Source: an uncultured Desulfobacterales bacterium (GTDB taxonomy: Bacteria > Desulfobacterota > Desulfobacteria > Desulfobacterales > CAFBRK01). Taken from it: a DNA stretch of 53,172 nucleotides. The translations under genes and the position numbers were made by a program. Below the pieces are notes generated by a model, which saw only the letters and a program-made list of their open reading frames with translations, ran no database searches and had not been told where the DNA came from. The DNA lies in assembly GCA_964409825.1 (NCBI GenBank), contig CAYPFH010000001.1:1-53172 (forward strand), in the 5' to 3' direction. Below are positions 34,923 to 48,123 of the stretch, in pieces. Position 1 is the first letter of the stretch, and each line of letters begins with the position of its first letter.

Positions 34923-35537
34923 ATGGGATTGATGTCCACATCGGTGTCGGTCAGCCGGTTTCGAGTAGAGGGCAACCTTGAAAAACCGGAGATGGAAGCG
35001 GTTGCAAAAGGTCTGAAAGAAAACGCGCTTTCTGAAATCGAAGATGCTGCCGCGGAAAAAACCGTGGGCTGGACCCCTTTCCGAACCCCGTACCGCCCCC
35101 TGTTCGAAGACCGCAGCTTTGTCGTCGGAGAGTATCTGGTGTTCAGCCTCCGGATCGATCGAAAATCGATTCCCTCTAAGGTGCTTAAAAAAGAAATTGC
35201 CGACGCCAGCACAAAACGGTTGGCCGAAAGCGGCCGTCTGTATCTTTCCCGGAGCGAGAAAAAAATGATCCGGGACGAGGTGGCCCATCGGTTGATCCTT
35301 CGCATCCCGGCAACACCGAATCTGTATGATCTGATCTGGAGCCTAGACCGGCGCTTCGTTTGGTTCTTTTCGACTCTGAAATCGGCCAACGAGGAGTTGG
35401 AAAACTTGTTTGCCAAGTCGTTCCGGTTGACCCTGGTGCGCCTGTTTCCCTTCACCATGGGGGATTTGACCGCCGGACTCTCCGACACAGAGCGGGATTC
35501 TTTGGAGCGAATCTCCCCAACCCAGTTTGCGCCATGA
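34923..35537 (+). CDS. RdgC-like recombination-associated protein, N-terminal/central portion (204 aa)
   Basis: It aligns by eye with E. coli RdgC residues ~1-175: VSVSRFRV (cf. LMVYRL), VGWTPF (cf. MGWVPP), RKSIPSKVLKKEI...LSRSEKKMIRDEVAHRLILR (cf. EKILPSPVIKQAL...[20 protein letters not shown]) and FVWFFSTLKSANEELENLFAKSF. Confidence 0.55.
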   Translation: MGLMSTSVSVSRFRVEGNLEKPEMEAVAKGLKENALSEIEDAAAEKTVGWTPFRTPYRPLFEDRSFVVGEYLVFSLRIDRKSIPSKVLKKEIADASTKRLAESGRLYLSRSEKKMIRDEVAHRLILRIPATPNLYDLIWSLDRRFVWFFSTLKSANEELENLFAKSFRLTLVRLFPFTMGDLTAGLSDTERDSLERISPTQFAP

Positions 35538-36064
35538 TCATGCTTGACGTCGCCGTTTCCTACAATCGATATCGTTTCCTGGGACGGGAATTCCTGACAT
35601 GGCTCTGGTACGGCCTGGAAACCGACCCGAAGCTGGCGGCATCGGTCGATCCGACCATCGGAGAAATTGGTGTCGGAAACCGGATGGTCCTGGAAAATCG
35701 GGGACCCGGCGGCCTGGAAACCGTCACCATCAAGGGCGACGACCCTGGATTGGAAGAGGGGCAGACCGCCCTGCAAAAGGGCGCCATGGTCAGTGAATTG
35801 TCTTTCTCCTTTACCTCTGGCGATCAGCAGTGGCGGCTTACCCTCAAAGGAGAAAGTCTGCACATCACCGGATTGAAAGTCCCGGACACCGGCCCGGTGG
35901 AAACCGAAGCCGACATGGACGGAGCGCTGCTGGAAAAAGCGGCACTGGTGGAACGGGCCGTTCATTTGATCGAAGGGCTTTTTTACCGGTTCATTCGGAT
36001 CCGAATCTCCGAATCCTGGCATACCGAAGCGGTGGCCGGTATTCGAAAATGGATCGGAACTTGA
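35534..36064 (+). CDS. RdgC-like protein, C-terminal portion (176 aa), overlapping the previous ORF by ATGA
   Basis: REFLTWLWYG (cf. ELTLTEWVRSG), GAMVSELSFSF...WRLTLKGESLHITGLK (cf. GKVVTKLALDW..IQFVMCDDGSLKRLKF) and LLEKAALVERAVHLIEGLF (cf. ILMTGELAALIQNLIEGLG). Confidence 0.45.
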   Translation: MIMLDVAVSYNRYRFLGREFLTWLWYGLETDPKLAASVDPTIGEIGVGNRMVLENRGPGGLETVTIKGDDPGLEEGQTALQKGAMVSELSFSFTSGDQQWRLTLKGESLHITGLKVPDTGPVETEADMDGALLEKAALVERAVHLIEGLFYRFIRIRISESWHTEAVAGIRKWIGT

Positions 36065-36299
36065 CGAATTCTGACAACAGTCTATTGAATCGTTGTCAAT
36101 AACTCCTTACTTTTCGGTGTTGCGGCTTGGCTGTGAAAAACATGGGCCTGTTCGGCAGAATATCGACGCGTTTTGGACAGGGGCTTTTTCATAATCCTAA
36201 TATATTTCAAAAGGTTGAAAATTTATTGTCTGTTTATACACCCGTTATGATGATGATGGGTTATATAAAGAAAAACCAAATTAAAGACAGGATTCAGCC

Positions 36300-39857
<3,558 letters not shown>

Positions 39858-39907
39858 TTGCAGCGCCTTCGGCGCTAGTTAAAAAACGGAAATATACCCA
39901 AAACAAG

Positions 39908-39929
39908 AGGGCTGAATCGCAGCCCTTTT
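39908..39929 (+). terminator. Rho-independent terminator after gyrB (AGGGCTG-aatcg-CAGCCCT-TTT)
   Basis: Read directly: 7-bp stem plus a short T run. Confidence 0.5.
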
Positions 39930-39965
39930 GGAGTTGAAGGCCCGGAAAAACCGGAGCGAAATCGA

Positions 39966-40757
39966 ATGAAGATTCATCGCATCAACGCACGGGACCTGCC
40001 GGATCTGTGGTTTCAGGCCGTGCACGACATTTTGGACAACGGCCGGCGGTTTACCGTCGACCGGGGGTCCTATGCGGGCCAGACCCGGCTCGAGTACGAC
40101 TTTTTCACGGGACATGTACGATATCCTGGCACCGAACCCCTGATTCCGGACATTCCGCCGAGCTGTGCAATCCCCAACCCGGTCGAAGAATCCTACATAT
40201 ATGGGGGGGAGGGTTACCAGAGATCCTATATCGAATATTTGATGACCGGCGAAAAAGCGCCCGGCGAATCATACACTTACGGGGAACGGCTTACCCGCGC
40301 CCCCGTCACCGGACAAAAGCTCGCCTGGTGGAAGCAGGAGAGCCGCGACATCGTCGATATCCGGGATGTGGACGGAAAGATCGTCTTTGAAGAAGAGGGA
40401 CGGCTCTATCTGAACCAGATCGAATGGGTGATCGACACCTACCGCCGCTTCGGACACCGCAACAACCAGATGGTACTGCAGGTGGCCCATCCGTCCGATC
40501 TCGCCCTTATCGACCCGCCCTGCCTCAGGTCCATTGATACCCGTATCCAGGACGGCGCGCTCAATTTTGCGGTCTATTTTCGTTCCTGGGATCTATGGGG
40601 AGGCATGCCCGCAAACCTTGCCGGCATTCAGAATCTGAAAGGGTATATGGCTGGTGAGATCGGCGTGGAAGACGGGGAAATGATCGTTGAAAGCAAGGGG
40701 CTTCATCTGTACGGATATGCCGAGGAGTTGGCCAAGCTTCGCTGTCTCCGGGACTGA
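39966..40757 (+). CDS. Thymidylate synthase (ThyA) superfamily protein, divergent archaeal-like type
   Basis: ThyA catalytic core pattern: DPPCLRSIDTRIQDGALNFAVYFRSWDLWGGMPANLAG (cf. PPCH..FQF.....L....QRS.D..LG.PFN) and GLHLYGY (cf. THLY). It also has YTYGERL and the N-terminal DNGRRFTVDRGS. A ~30-aa insert (WWKQESRDIVDIRDVDGKIVFEEEGRLYL) is present. GGAG lies 9 nt upstream of the start. Confidence 0.65.
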   Translation: MKIHRINARDLPDLWFQAVHDILDNGRRFTVDRGSYAGQTRLEYDFFTGHVRYPGTEPLIPDIPPSCAIPNPVEESYIYGGEGYQRSYIEYLMTGEKAPGESYTYGERLTRAPVTGQKLAWWKQESRDIVDIRDVDGKIVFEEEGRLYLNQIEWVIDTYRRFGHRNNQMVLQVAHPSDLALIDPPCLRSIDTRIQDGALNFAVYFRSWDLWGGMPANLAGIQNLKGYMAGEIGVEDGEMIVESKGLHLYGYAEELAKLRCLRD

Positions 40758-40775
40758 GGGGTTAATTGGTCAAAT

Positions 40776-40839
40776 GGTTGACTGGTGGATGGGGAAAAAG
40801 CGGGCGCATTTAACGAATCGATCAATCAACCAGTCAACC
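40776..40839. repeat. Perfect 11-bp inverted repeat GGTTGACTGGT-N42-ACCAGTCAACC between convergent thyA-like and asnS genes, flanked by short TGGT / TCAA periodic motifs
   Basis: Read directly: arms at 40776-40786 and 40829-40839. Confidence 0.75.
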
Positions 40840-40873
40840 CGCCCGGAAAAAGCCGTTCCCTGAAAAACCGAAA

Positions 40874-42256
40874 TCAGAATTCGACACTGCCGGGCGTCCG
40901 GGGAAACGGAATTACGTCCCGGATGTTGGCGGCACCGGTAAGCAGCATCAGAAGGCGCTCAAATCCGAGGCCGAATCCGCTGTGGGGAACGGTCCCGTAT
41001 CGACGGACATCCAGGTACCACCAGTAGTCGTCTACATGCATCCCCGCATCTTTCATTCGCGCCTCGAGGATATCGATGCGCTCTTCTCTCTGGCTTCCGC
41101 CGATGATTTCCCCGATTCCGGGAACCAGCACATCCATGGCGGCGACGGTTTCACCGTCGTCGTTTAGGCGCATATAAAAGGGTTTGATGGTTTTTGGATA
41201 ATCGTACAGAATCACCGGTTTTTTGAAGTGGACCTCGGTCAGGAATTTTTCGTGCTCGCTTTGCAGGTCGCTTCCGAACGAAACCGGGAATTCAAATTTT
41301 TTTTCGGCGGATCGAAGAATATCGATGGCCTCCCGATACGGCATCCGAATGTAATCCGATTCGGCCACCGTCTGGAGCGTTTGGGGAAGGGATCTGTCGA
41401 CGAAACGGGCAAAAAGATCCAGGTCTTCCTTGCACTGCTCCTGGACAACACCGGTAAGGTTTCGAACGAGCTCTTCGGCAAGGTTCATGTTACCGGCTAG
41501 ATCGCAGAACGCCATTTCCGGCTCCACCATCCAAAATTCGGCCACATGGCGGCGGGTATTTGAATTTTCGGCCCGGAAGGTCGGACCGAAGGTGTAAACG
41601 TCTCCCAATGCCAGGGCAAAGAGTTCGGCCGAAAGCTGGCCGGATACCGTCAGATTGGCCTCCCTGCCGAAAAAATCCTGAGCGAAGTCCACCCGACCGT
41701 TCGTTTTCGGCGGGTTGTCCGCATCCAGCGCAGTGACCCGGAACAGCTCTCCGGCGCCCTCACAGTCCGAACCGGTGATGATCGGCGAATGGATATAGTA
41801 AAATCCCCGATCCGAAAAGAAGCGGTGAACGGCCTGGGCGAGCGCCGAACGGATACGAAACGTGGCCCCGTATTTGTTGGTGCGGGGTCGAAGATGCGCG
41901 ATGGTGCGAAGAAATTCGTCGCTGTGGCGCTTTTTTTGGAGGGGAAAATCGTCCGGTGCATCGCCGATAAGCGACACCGATTCTGCCCGAATTTCCCATG
42001 CCTGTCCTTTTCCGGGGGAGGCGACGAGCTCTCCGGTGACCTCCACGGCAGATCCCGTGGCCAGTTTCCGAATTTGTTCATAGGCGGCCAACCCGTCATC
42101 GGCGACCACCTGGATATTTTTCAGACATGAGCCGTCGTTGATTTCGATAAAGGAACAGTTTTTCGAATCCCTTCGCGTCCGGATCCAGCCCTTGATCAGG
42201 ACCATTCCCGACGGCTGGTCAAAGGAAAGCAGTTTGGCAATTTTTGTGCGCTTCAT
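40874..42256 (-). CDS. asnS: Asparagine--tRNA ligase
   Basis: OB-fold N-terminus ([25 protein letters not shown]) and class II motifs: [24 protein letters not shown] and GSQREER...[11 protein letters not shown]. Confidence 0.93.
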   Translation of the reverse strand: MKRTKIAKLLSFDQPSGMVLIKGWIRTRRDSKNCSFIEINDGSCLKNIQVVADDGLAAYEQIRKLATGSAVEVTGELVASPGKGQAWEIRAESVSLIGDAPDDFPLQKKRHSDEFLRTIAHLRPRTNKYGATFRIRSALAQAVHRFFSDRGFYYIHSPIITGSDCEGAGELFRVTALDADNPPKTNGRVDFAQDFFGREANLTVSGQLSAELFALALGDVYTFGPTFRAENSNTRRHVAEFWMVEPEMAFCDLAGNMNLAEELVRNLTGVVQEQCKEDLDLFARFVDRSLPQTLQTVAESDYIRMPYREAIDILRSAEKKFEFPVSFGSDLQSEHEKFLTEVHFKKPVILYDYPKTIKPFYMRLNDDGETVAAMDVLVPGIGEIIGGSQREERIDILEARMKDAGMHVDDYWWYLDVRRYGTVPHSGFGLGFERLLMLLTGAANIRDVIPFPRTPGSVEF

Positions 42257-42270
42257 CGATTTATATCCTT

Positions 42271-43689
42271 TTATATCCTAACGGTAATGTAATACGCATG
42301 GGTCCCCCGCTGCAGGAGAATCACCACCGAGGATTTCAGACGGTACTTGACCATGGCATTTTCAAAATCGGCGGCAGATTCAATGGGAAGATCATCGATC
42401 TGACCGATCACGTCTCCGGTTGAAGCGCCGATGCCGGCCAGCTGCGAATCCGGATCGATCAGGGCGATTACCGCTCCTTTAGAGACCGATATTGGATACC
42501 GGCTGCGAAGCGCGTCCGTCAGGTCTTCCACCCTTACGCCGAGAAGCTGAAAAGCCAGGTCCGCGGCTTGGCCCTGAGGAAAACGGGCGGCGGTCAGCGT
42601 CAGACGTTCGGTTTTTTCTTTCCGCCACAATTGCAGCTCCAGGCGGTCCCCGGGCTTGTAGCTGCGAATTGCCGCCACATACTCGGCCCTGGAGAGCACC
42701 TGGTGGCGACCCACGGAAAGAACGACGTCCCCACTTGCCATGCCGGCAGATGCTGCCGGGCTCTGTTTGAATACCGACCGGACGAGCAGCCCCTTTTCAC
42801 CGGGGATGCTCATGTAGGCGGCCATCCGATTATCGAGTTCCTGCACCAGAATCCCGATCCAGGGAAGGATGACCTCTCCATGGCGGATCAGGTCTGAGAC
42901 GATTTTAGAGGCCCTGTGGATCGGAATGGCAAAGCCGATTCCCTGCGCCTTAGCGTAGATGGCGGTATTGATTCCGATCAGCTCTCCGTTGATGTTGAGC
43001 AGGGGGCCGCCGCTGTTTCCCGGATTGATGGATGCGTCGGTCTGGATAAAGTCGTGAAAGGCGCGGTCTTCGGTTCGAATGCTGCGGTGAAGGGCGCTGA
43101 CAACGCCGGTGGTCACGGTATGGGAAAAACCGAAGGGGTTTCCAATAGCGATGATCGTCTCTCCGATCATCAGATCGGTCGAGTCGCCCATGGTCAAAGA
43201 CGGAAGGGGGCCTTCGGCGTCGATCCGCAGCACCGCCAGATCCGAATCCGGATCGGCGCCCACCACCCGTGCCGCAAATTCCCTTTCATCCTGGAGAACA
43301 ATGCTAATCGACGCGCTTTTGGCGATGACGTGGGCATTGGTCAAGATGAGTCCCTCATCTCCGGAGAGGATCACCCCGGAGCCTAGACTGGTTCGCTGGT
43401 AGCGCCGTTGATGGCCGGGATCGAAAAAATCCCTGAAAAAAGAGTCGAAAAGGGGATCCATGCCGAAACGGGAAAAGGGGTTGGCCGTCGCCGGAATGTC
43501 CTGCCGCGAGCTGATGTTCACCACGGCGGGACTCGCCCGGCGAACAGCCCGGACGACCTCGTTTTCACGGGACGCTGCCTGCGAATAGCCAAAGGAGGAG
43601 GCGAGGACAAAAAAGGATACCAATACCGGCAAAAAACCGCGGCCGAGGAAAGCCCCCCCCGGGTTGACTTTCCTTTCATGGTCTGTCAT
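42271..43689 (-). CDS. htrA: Periplasmic serine endoprotease, DegP/HtrA family (trypsin domain + 2 PDZ)
   Basis: Signal/TM segment after MTDHERKV..., catalytic motifs TNAHV, D..LAVL and GNSGGPLLN, and two PDZ-like regions. It ends 14 nt upstream of asnS (operon). Confidence 0.9.
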   Translation of the reverse strand: MTDHERKVNPGGAFLGRGFLPVLVSFFVLASSFGYSQAASRENEVVRAVRRASPAVVNISSRQDIPATANPFSRFGMDPLFDSFFRDFFDPGHQRRYQRTSLGSGVILSGDEGLILTNAHVIAKSASISIVLQDEREFAARVVGADPDSDLAVLRIDAEGPLPSLTMGDSTDLMIGETIIAIGNPFGFSHTVTTGVVSALHRSIRTEDRAFHDFIQTDASINPGNSGGPLLNINGELIGINTAIYAKAQGIGFAIPIHRASKIVSDLIRHGEVILPWIGILVQELDNRMAAYMSIPGEKGLLVRSVFKQSPAASAGMASGDVVLSVGRHQVLSRAEYVAAIRSYKPGDRLELQLWRKEKTERLTLTAARFPQGQAADLAFQLLGVRVEDLTDALRSRYPISVSKGAVIALIDPDSQLAGIGASTGDVIGQIDDLPIESAADFENAMVKYRLKSSVVILLQRGTHAYYITVRI

Positions 43690-43751
43690 GGCATACTGCC
43701 TTTTTCGGCGCCCGATTGCATGAACCCCGAAAATGAAATTTAAAAGAAGTG

Positions 43752-46283
43752 ATGATGTCTGAAACCGCATATGATGAGATTCTTTCCCTGGTGGAAAAAC
43801 CGAGCCGCTATCTTGGCTCGGAAGCCAACAGCATAAAAAAAGACCCGGAGGGGGTCAAGCTTCGATTTGTCCTGGCCTATCCAGATCTTTATGAAATCGG
43901 AACCTCTCACTTCGGGATGCAGATCCTTTATCATATTCTCAACGCACGGCCGGAAATTGCTGCAGAACGGGTTTTCGCTCCGGCGGTAGATATGGAGCAA
44001 CGGCTTCGGAAGGCATCGATTCCCCTCTCGAGCCTGGAAAGCCGAAGGCCGCTTTCCCGGTTCGACATCGTCGGGTTCAGCCTGCTCTATGAGCTCAATT
44101 ACACCAACGTGTTGACCATGCTCGACCTGGCGGGCATCCCCTTTCGGGCGAACCACCGGCAGAACGACCAGCCGCTGGTGATTGCCGGAGGGCCCTGCAC
44201 CTGCAACCCGGAGCCCGTAGCCGAGCTGTTCGATGCGCTGGTGTTGGGCGATGGCGAGCAAGCGGTTCTGGAACTGGCCGATGTCTGGATGGCTTGGAAA
44301 GAATCCGACGGCAGGGACAAAAACGCTCTTTTGGAAAAATGGGCAGATATTCCAGGGGTCTACGTACCTTCTTGTTACCGGTTTCGGGTCGAAGATGGCG
44401 GATTTTCACGAGTGGAGCCGGATCGCGCCGGGCGGGGTCCCGTAAGGCGGGCCGTGGTGGCAAACCTTGAAAAAGCGCCCTTCCCGGACCGGCCGGTGGT
44501 TCCATATGGCCGACCGGTGCATGATAGGCTTCGGCTCGAAATCTCCCGTGGTTGTTCCCGCGGCTGCCGCTTCTGCCAGGCTGGAATGATCTACCGGCCC
44601 GTCAGGGAGCGTTCCTGCAAAACGCTCCTCGATTCGGCCGCCGCCGCGCTTTCTGCTACGGGATATGAAGACCTGTCCCTGCTTTCGTTGAGCACCGGGG
44701 ACCACAGCCGCCTGCCAGAACTGCTTCACCGGCTGATGCAGCGGTGCCGCAGGGAACACGTGGCGGTATCTCTGCCCTCATTTCGGGCCGGATCGCTGAC
44801 AAGCGAAATGATGAGAGAAATCAAACAGGTCCGGAAGACCGGCTTTACCATCGCGCCGGAGGCGGGAAGTCAGCGCCTCAGGGACGCCATCAATAAAAAC
44901 CTGACCGCAGAGGAGATCGAACAAACCGTTTTTAATGCCTTTTCGCTCGGATGGCAGGTGGTCAAGCTGTATTTCATGATCGGCCTCCCGACGGAAACCG
45001 AGGCAGACCACGAGGCCATCGTCGATCTGGTATTGCGGCTTCGTGGACTAAGAAAGAAATCGGGGAAAAGGGGCCAGATCAATGTCAGTTTGACCACGTT
45101 CATCCCAAAGCCGCACACGCCGTTTCAATGGGCGCAGCAGCTTGAACTGTCCCGTTCGGAACGGATCCTGTCCGGATTGCGCGACCGGCTCTCAAGACCC
45201 GGGATCCAGGTCAAGTGGCAGAATCCCTGGGTCAGTCTTTTAGAGGGGCTTTGGGCACGCGGCGACCGGCGCCTCCTTCCACTTCTGGAAACCGCCTGGA
45301 AAAAGGGCTGCAGGTTTGATGGTTGGAGCGATTATTTCCGCTTCGATCAATGGTGCAGCGCCATGGACAAGACCGGCATCGACGTTAATTTTTTTACCAC
45401 CCGCCGGCGGCGTCTGGAAGAACCTTTGCCCTGGGATCACATCGACATCCACGTTTCCCGGCGATTTTTACGAGAAGAATATCGGCGCGCCCTAGAAGGA
45501 CTCTCGACGCCGGACTGCCGAGGAGGAGCGTGCAACGATTGCGGCGTTTGTGACTTTGAAACCCTCGCCCCGGCGATCGGCGGCGTCTCGGGCATGGAGG
45601 AAACCGACACAGAGCGGATCGACGATTCCGGCGCCGGACAGCGAATCCGAATCGACTACGAAAAAAGGGGCGATGCCAGGCATTTCGGCCACCTGGAAAT
45701 GGTGTCGATTTTTATCCGGGCCATGCGGCGGGCCGGGCTTCGCATGGCCTATTCCGAGGGGTTCCACCCCAAACCCCGGCTGGTTCTCGGCGACCCGCTT
45801 CCGGTTGGAATGGAAAGCGAAAAAGAATCCTTTGATGTCCGACTGAAGGGTGTTTTGAACCTTACACAAGCCGTTGTCGCGATCGAGCAGGAGCTGCCCT
45901 CAGGTCTTCGAATCCTCAGTGCCCGTCGGGTTCAGGGCAACGCCGCGATCCCAAAAAGAACGGTCTATGTATACCGGGTTTTGCTGGCGGAGGGGTTTTT
46001 CGACAAAGATCGGCTGGAGGCGTTCGAGGCCGCTGCCGAGTGGATCGTAGCGCGCCGCACCGGCAAAGGAAAGTTGAAAAAAATCAACCTAAAGGATATG
46101 GTTGACATGATTTCGATCCACACACCGACCCTTGCCGAGCTGACGCTGCGAAGCGAACCTGGACGCACGGTGCGGCCGGCCGAAGTGCTGGCGCATGTTT
46201 TCGGTCTGCAAGGCGAACAGATCCGAAAAGCCCGGGCCGTGAAAAAAGAAAAGGAGCCGGATTCTGGCACCACCCATGTATAG
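43752..46283 (+). CDS. Radical SAM protein (B12-binding-like N-domain + radical SAM core) fused to a DUF2344-like C-terminal domain; function unknown
   Basis: SRYLGSEANS..., the CSRGCRFCQAG (CxxxCxxC) cluster motif and a C-terminal RHFGHLEMVSIFIRAMRRAGLRMAYSEGFHPKPR. The TIGR03960/TIGR03936-type architecture is recalled from memory. Confidence 0.85.
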   Translation: MMSETAYDEILSLVEKPSRYLGSEANSIKKDPEGVKLRFVLAYPDLYEIGTSHFGMQILYHILNARPEIAAERVFAPAVDMEQRLRKASIPLSSLESRRPLSRFDIVGFSLLYELNYTNVLTMLDLAGIPFRANHRQNDQPLVIAGGPCTCNPEPVAELFDALVLGDGEQAVLELADVWMAWKESDGRDKNALLEKWADIPGVYVPSCYRFRVEDGGFSRVEPDRAGRGPVRRAVVANLEKAPFPDRPVVPYGRPVHDRLRLEISRGCSRGCRFCQAGMIYRPVRERSCKTLLDSAAAALSATGYEDLSLLSLSTGDHSRLPELLHRLMQRCRREHVAVSLPSFRAGSLTSEMMREIKQVRKTGFTIAPEAGSQRLRDAINKNLTAEEIEQTVFNAFSLGWQVVKLYFMIGLPTETEADHEAIVDLVLRLRGLRKKSGKRGQINVSLTTFIPKPHTPFQWAQQLELSRSERILSGLRDRLSRPGIQVKWQNPWVSLLEGLWARGDRRLLPLLETAWKKGCRFDGWSDYFRFDQWCSAMDKTGIDVNFFTTRRRRLEEPLPWDHIDIHVSRRFLREEYRRALEGLSTPDCRGGACNDCGVCDFETLAPAIGGVSGMEETDTERIDDSGAGQRIRIDYEKRGDARHFGHLEMVSIFIRAMRRAGLRMAYSEGFHPKPRLVLGDPLPVGMESEKESFDVRLKGVLNLTQAVVAIEQELPSGLRILSARRVQGNAAIPKRTVYVYRVLLAEGFFDKDRLEAFEAAAEWIVARRTGKGKLKKINLKDMVDMISIHTPTLAELTLRSEPGRTVRPAEVLAHVFGLQGEQIRKARAVKKEKEPDSGTTHV

Positions 46284-47811
46284 ACAGCTTGTGATCAACA
46301 TCACCGAACCGGAAACCCGCGTCGCCCTTCTGGAAGACGGCACCATCGCCGAACTTTTCATCGACCGCAAGGACCTTTACGACATTTCCGGAAATATTTA
46401 CAAAGGCAGGGTTCAACGGGTGCTTCCCGGGATGCAGGCGGCCTTTGTGGATATCGGCCTGAAACAGGCGGCGTTTATCTACGTAAACGACGTATTGCAC
46501 GAGCCCGTAGACGATTATTTGCCGTTGTTTGGCGAGGAGGCGGCAGACGATGCAGAATTCCAGGAAACCGGCGCCGAGATCCGCGAGCTTCGACCGATCG
46601 AAGAGTTGATCTGCGAAGGGCAAGAGATCCTGGTCCAAGTGGCCAAGTCCCCCATTGGCACCAAAGGGGCAAGGCTGACTTCCTACATCTCTTTGCCTGG
46701 CCGGTTTTTGGTGATGATGCCCAACGCCGGCCATATCGGAGTATCCCGAAGAATCGAAGAGGAGGGGGAAAAAAACCGGCTGCGCCATCTGGTCGAAAAC
46801 CTGAGAACAGAGCCCTTCGGATACATTGTCCGGACGGCAGCCGAGGGGGTCAACGAGACGAAGCTCGCTTACGAAATGGCGTTTTTCAAGAACCTGTGGA
46901 GCAACATTCAGCAAAAAAACGCGTCGGCGTCGGCGCCGGCACTGCTGCACCAGGAATTGAACATCGTGTTAAGGGCCGTCAGGGACCTGATGACCCTGGA
47001 GGCCGAGCGGATTGTCATCGACGGTCGAGGCGGCTATGAGTCGGTCCTGCACTTCCTTGACGGTTTCATGCCCAGCCTCAAAGATTCGGTGGAGCTATAT
47101 GAGGGGCGGGAGCCGGTTTTTGACGCCTATAATCTGGAAGGGGACATCTCCAGAGCCCTGAAGCGGAAGGTCTGGCTCAAATCCGGCGGCTACATCGTCA
47201 TCGAACACACCGAAGCGCTTTTGGTTGTCGACGTCAACACCGGTCGATACGTCGGCAAGCACAATCTCGAAGAGACGATTTTAAAAACCAACCTGGAGGC
47301 GGTCAAGGAGATTGCCTACCAGATACGGCTCCGGGACATCGGCGGAATCATTATCATCGATTTCATCGATATGGAGAAGAAGGCCAACCAGGAAAAAATC
47401 TTCAAGGCGCTCAAAGAGGCCTTCAAGAAGGATCGAAGCAAGACCCATGTGCTTCCGTTGTCGGAAATGGGTCTGATCCAGATGACCCGCAAACGGGTTC
47501 GTAAACCGCTTACCCGGCTTCTTTGCGAACCCTGCTTTTATTGCGAAGGAGAAGGATATCTGCTGTCGCGTCGGACGATCTGCCACAACATTTACCGGGA
47601 GGTGTTGAGCAGAGTCGGAGATGTGGAGGGCATCAAAGTGACGCTACACGTCAACCCGGACATTGCGGAGCTGTTGTTGGGAGAGCTCAGAGAGCTGATT
47701 CTTTCCCTCGAGAAAAAAATCGACAAGCAGGTCGTCATCTACCCGAATGCCAGTTTTCACGTCGAAGAGTACGATTTGTTTGAAATGATGGAAAAAGGAT
47801 CTTCATCTTGA
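46276..47811 (+). CDS. rng: Ribonuclease G/E family (Rne/Rng) protein
   Basis: S1 domain (GNIYKGRVQRVLPGMQAAFVDIG), LVVDVNTG, GGIIIIDFIDM and LSEMGLIQMTRKR. Length is 511 aa. It overlaps the radical SAM gene by 8 nt. Confidence 0.9.
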   Translation: MYRQLVINITEPETRVALLEDGTIAELFIDRKDLYDISGNIYKGRVQRVLPGMQAAFVDIGLKQAAFIYVNDVLHEPVDDYLPLFGEEAADDAEFQETGAEIRELRPIEELICEGQEILVQVAKSPIGTKGARLTSYISLPGRFLVMMPNAGHIGVSRRIEEEGEKNRLRHLVENLRTEPFGYIVRTAAEGVNETKLAYEMAFFKNLWSNIQQKNASASAPALLHQELNIVLRAVRDLMTLEAERIVIDGRGGYESVLHFLDGFMPSLKDSVELYEGREPVFDAYNLEGDISRALKRKVWLKSGGYIVIEHTEALLVVDVNTGRYVGKHNLEETILKTNLEAVKEIAYQIRLRDIGGIIIIDFIDMEKKANQEKIFKALKEAFKKDRSKTHVLPLSEMGLIQMTRKRVRKPLTRLLCEPCFYCEGEGYLLSRRTICHNIYREVLSRVGDVEGIKVTLHVNPDIAELLLGELRELILSLEKKIDKQVVIYPNASFHVEEYDLFEMMEKGSSS

Positions 47812-47821
47812 CACAGAGGCG

Positions 47822-47850
47822 CTGTTGTGATTTAGAAGGCAGGTTATAAT
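47822..47850 (+). promoter_or_regulatory. Candidate promoter for rpmH-rnpA: a perfect TATAAT at 47845-47850 with a weak -35 (CTGTTG/TTGTGA)
   Basis: Read directly. The -35 element is poor, so this call is tentative. Confidence 0.35.
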
Positions 47851-47936
47851 CTTGGCGCCCCAGCTCGACAGCGCCATTTTGGATGAATCGTTTCCCGGAA
47901 AACGGGCAACCTTGTTGATCACAGGAGCTTTATCTT

Positions 47937-48071
47937 ATGAAGCGCACATATCAACCGAGCAGGCTCCGTCGCGCTCGGAACCATGGATTTTTGAAGCGGA
48001 TGTCGACCAAAAAAGGCCGACGGATTATCAACCGCCGACGCGCCAGAGGAAGAAAACGACTAGCCGTGTAG
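47937..48071 (+). CDS. rpmH: 50S ribosomal protein L34
   Basis: Translated by hand: [49 protein letters not shown] lies 9 nt upstream. It is too short to appear in the ORF track. Confidence 0.93.
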   Translation: MKRTYQPSRLRRARNHGFLKRMSTKKGRRIINRRRARGRKRLAV

Positions 48072-48123
48072 ACGTCTTCGGCTGGTCGACACCCCATCGA
48101 GAAGACGGCTCCGGGAGCTTCAT

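Noticed and set aside
36065-36299. oriC in the AT-rich spacer upstream of dnaN
   Set aside because: There is only one 7/9 DnaA-box-like sequence (TTATACACC at 36234-36242), no box cluster, no adjacent dnaA and no obvious DUE repeats. A promoter or operator region is the simpler explanation.
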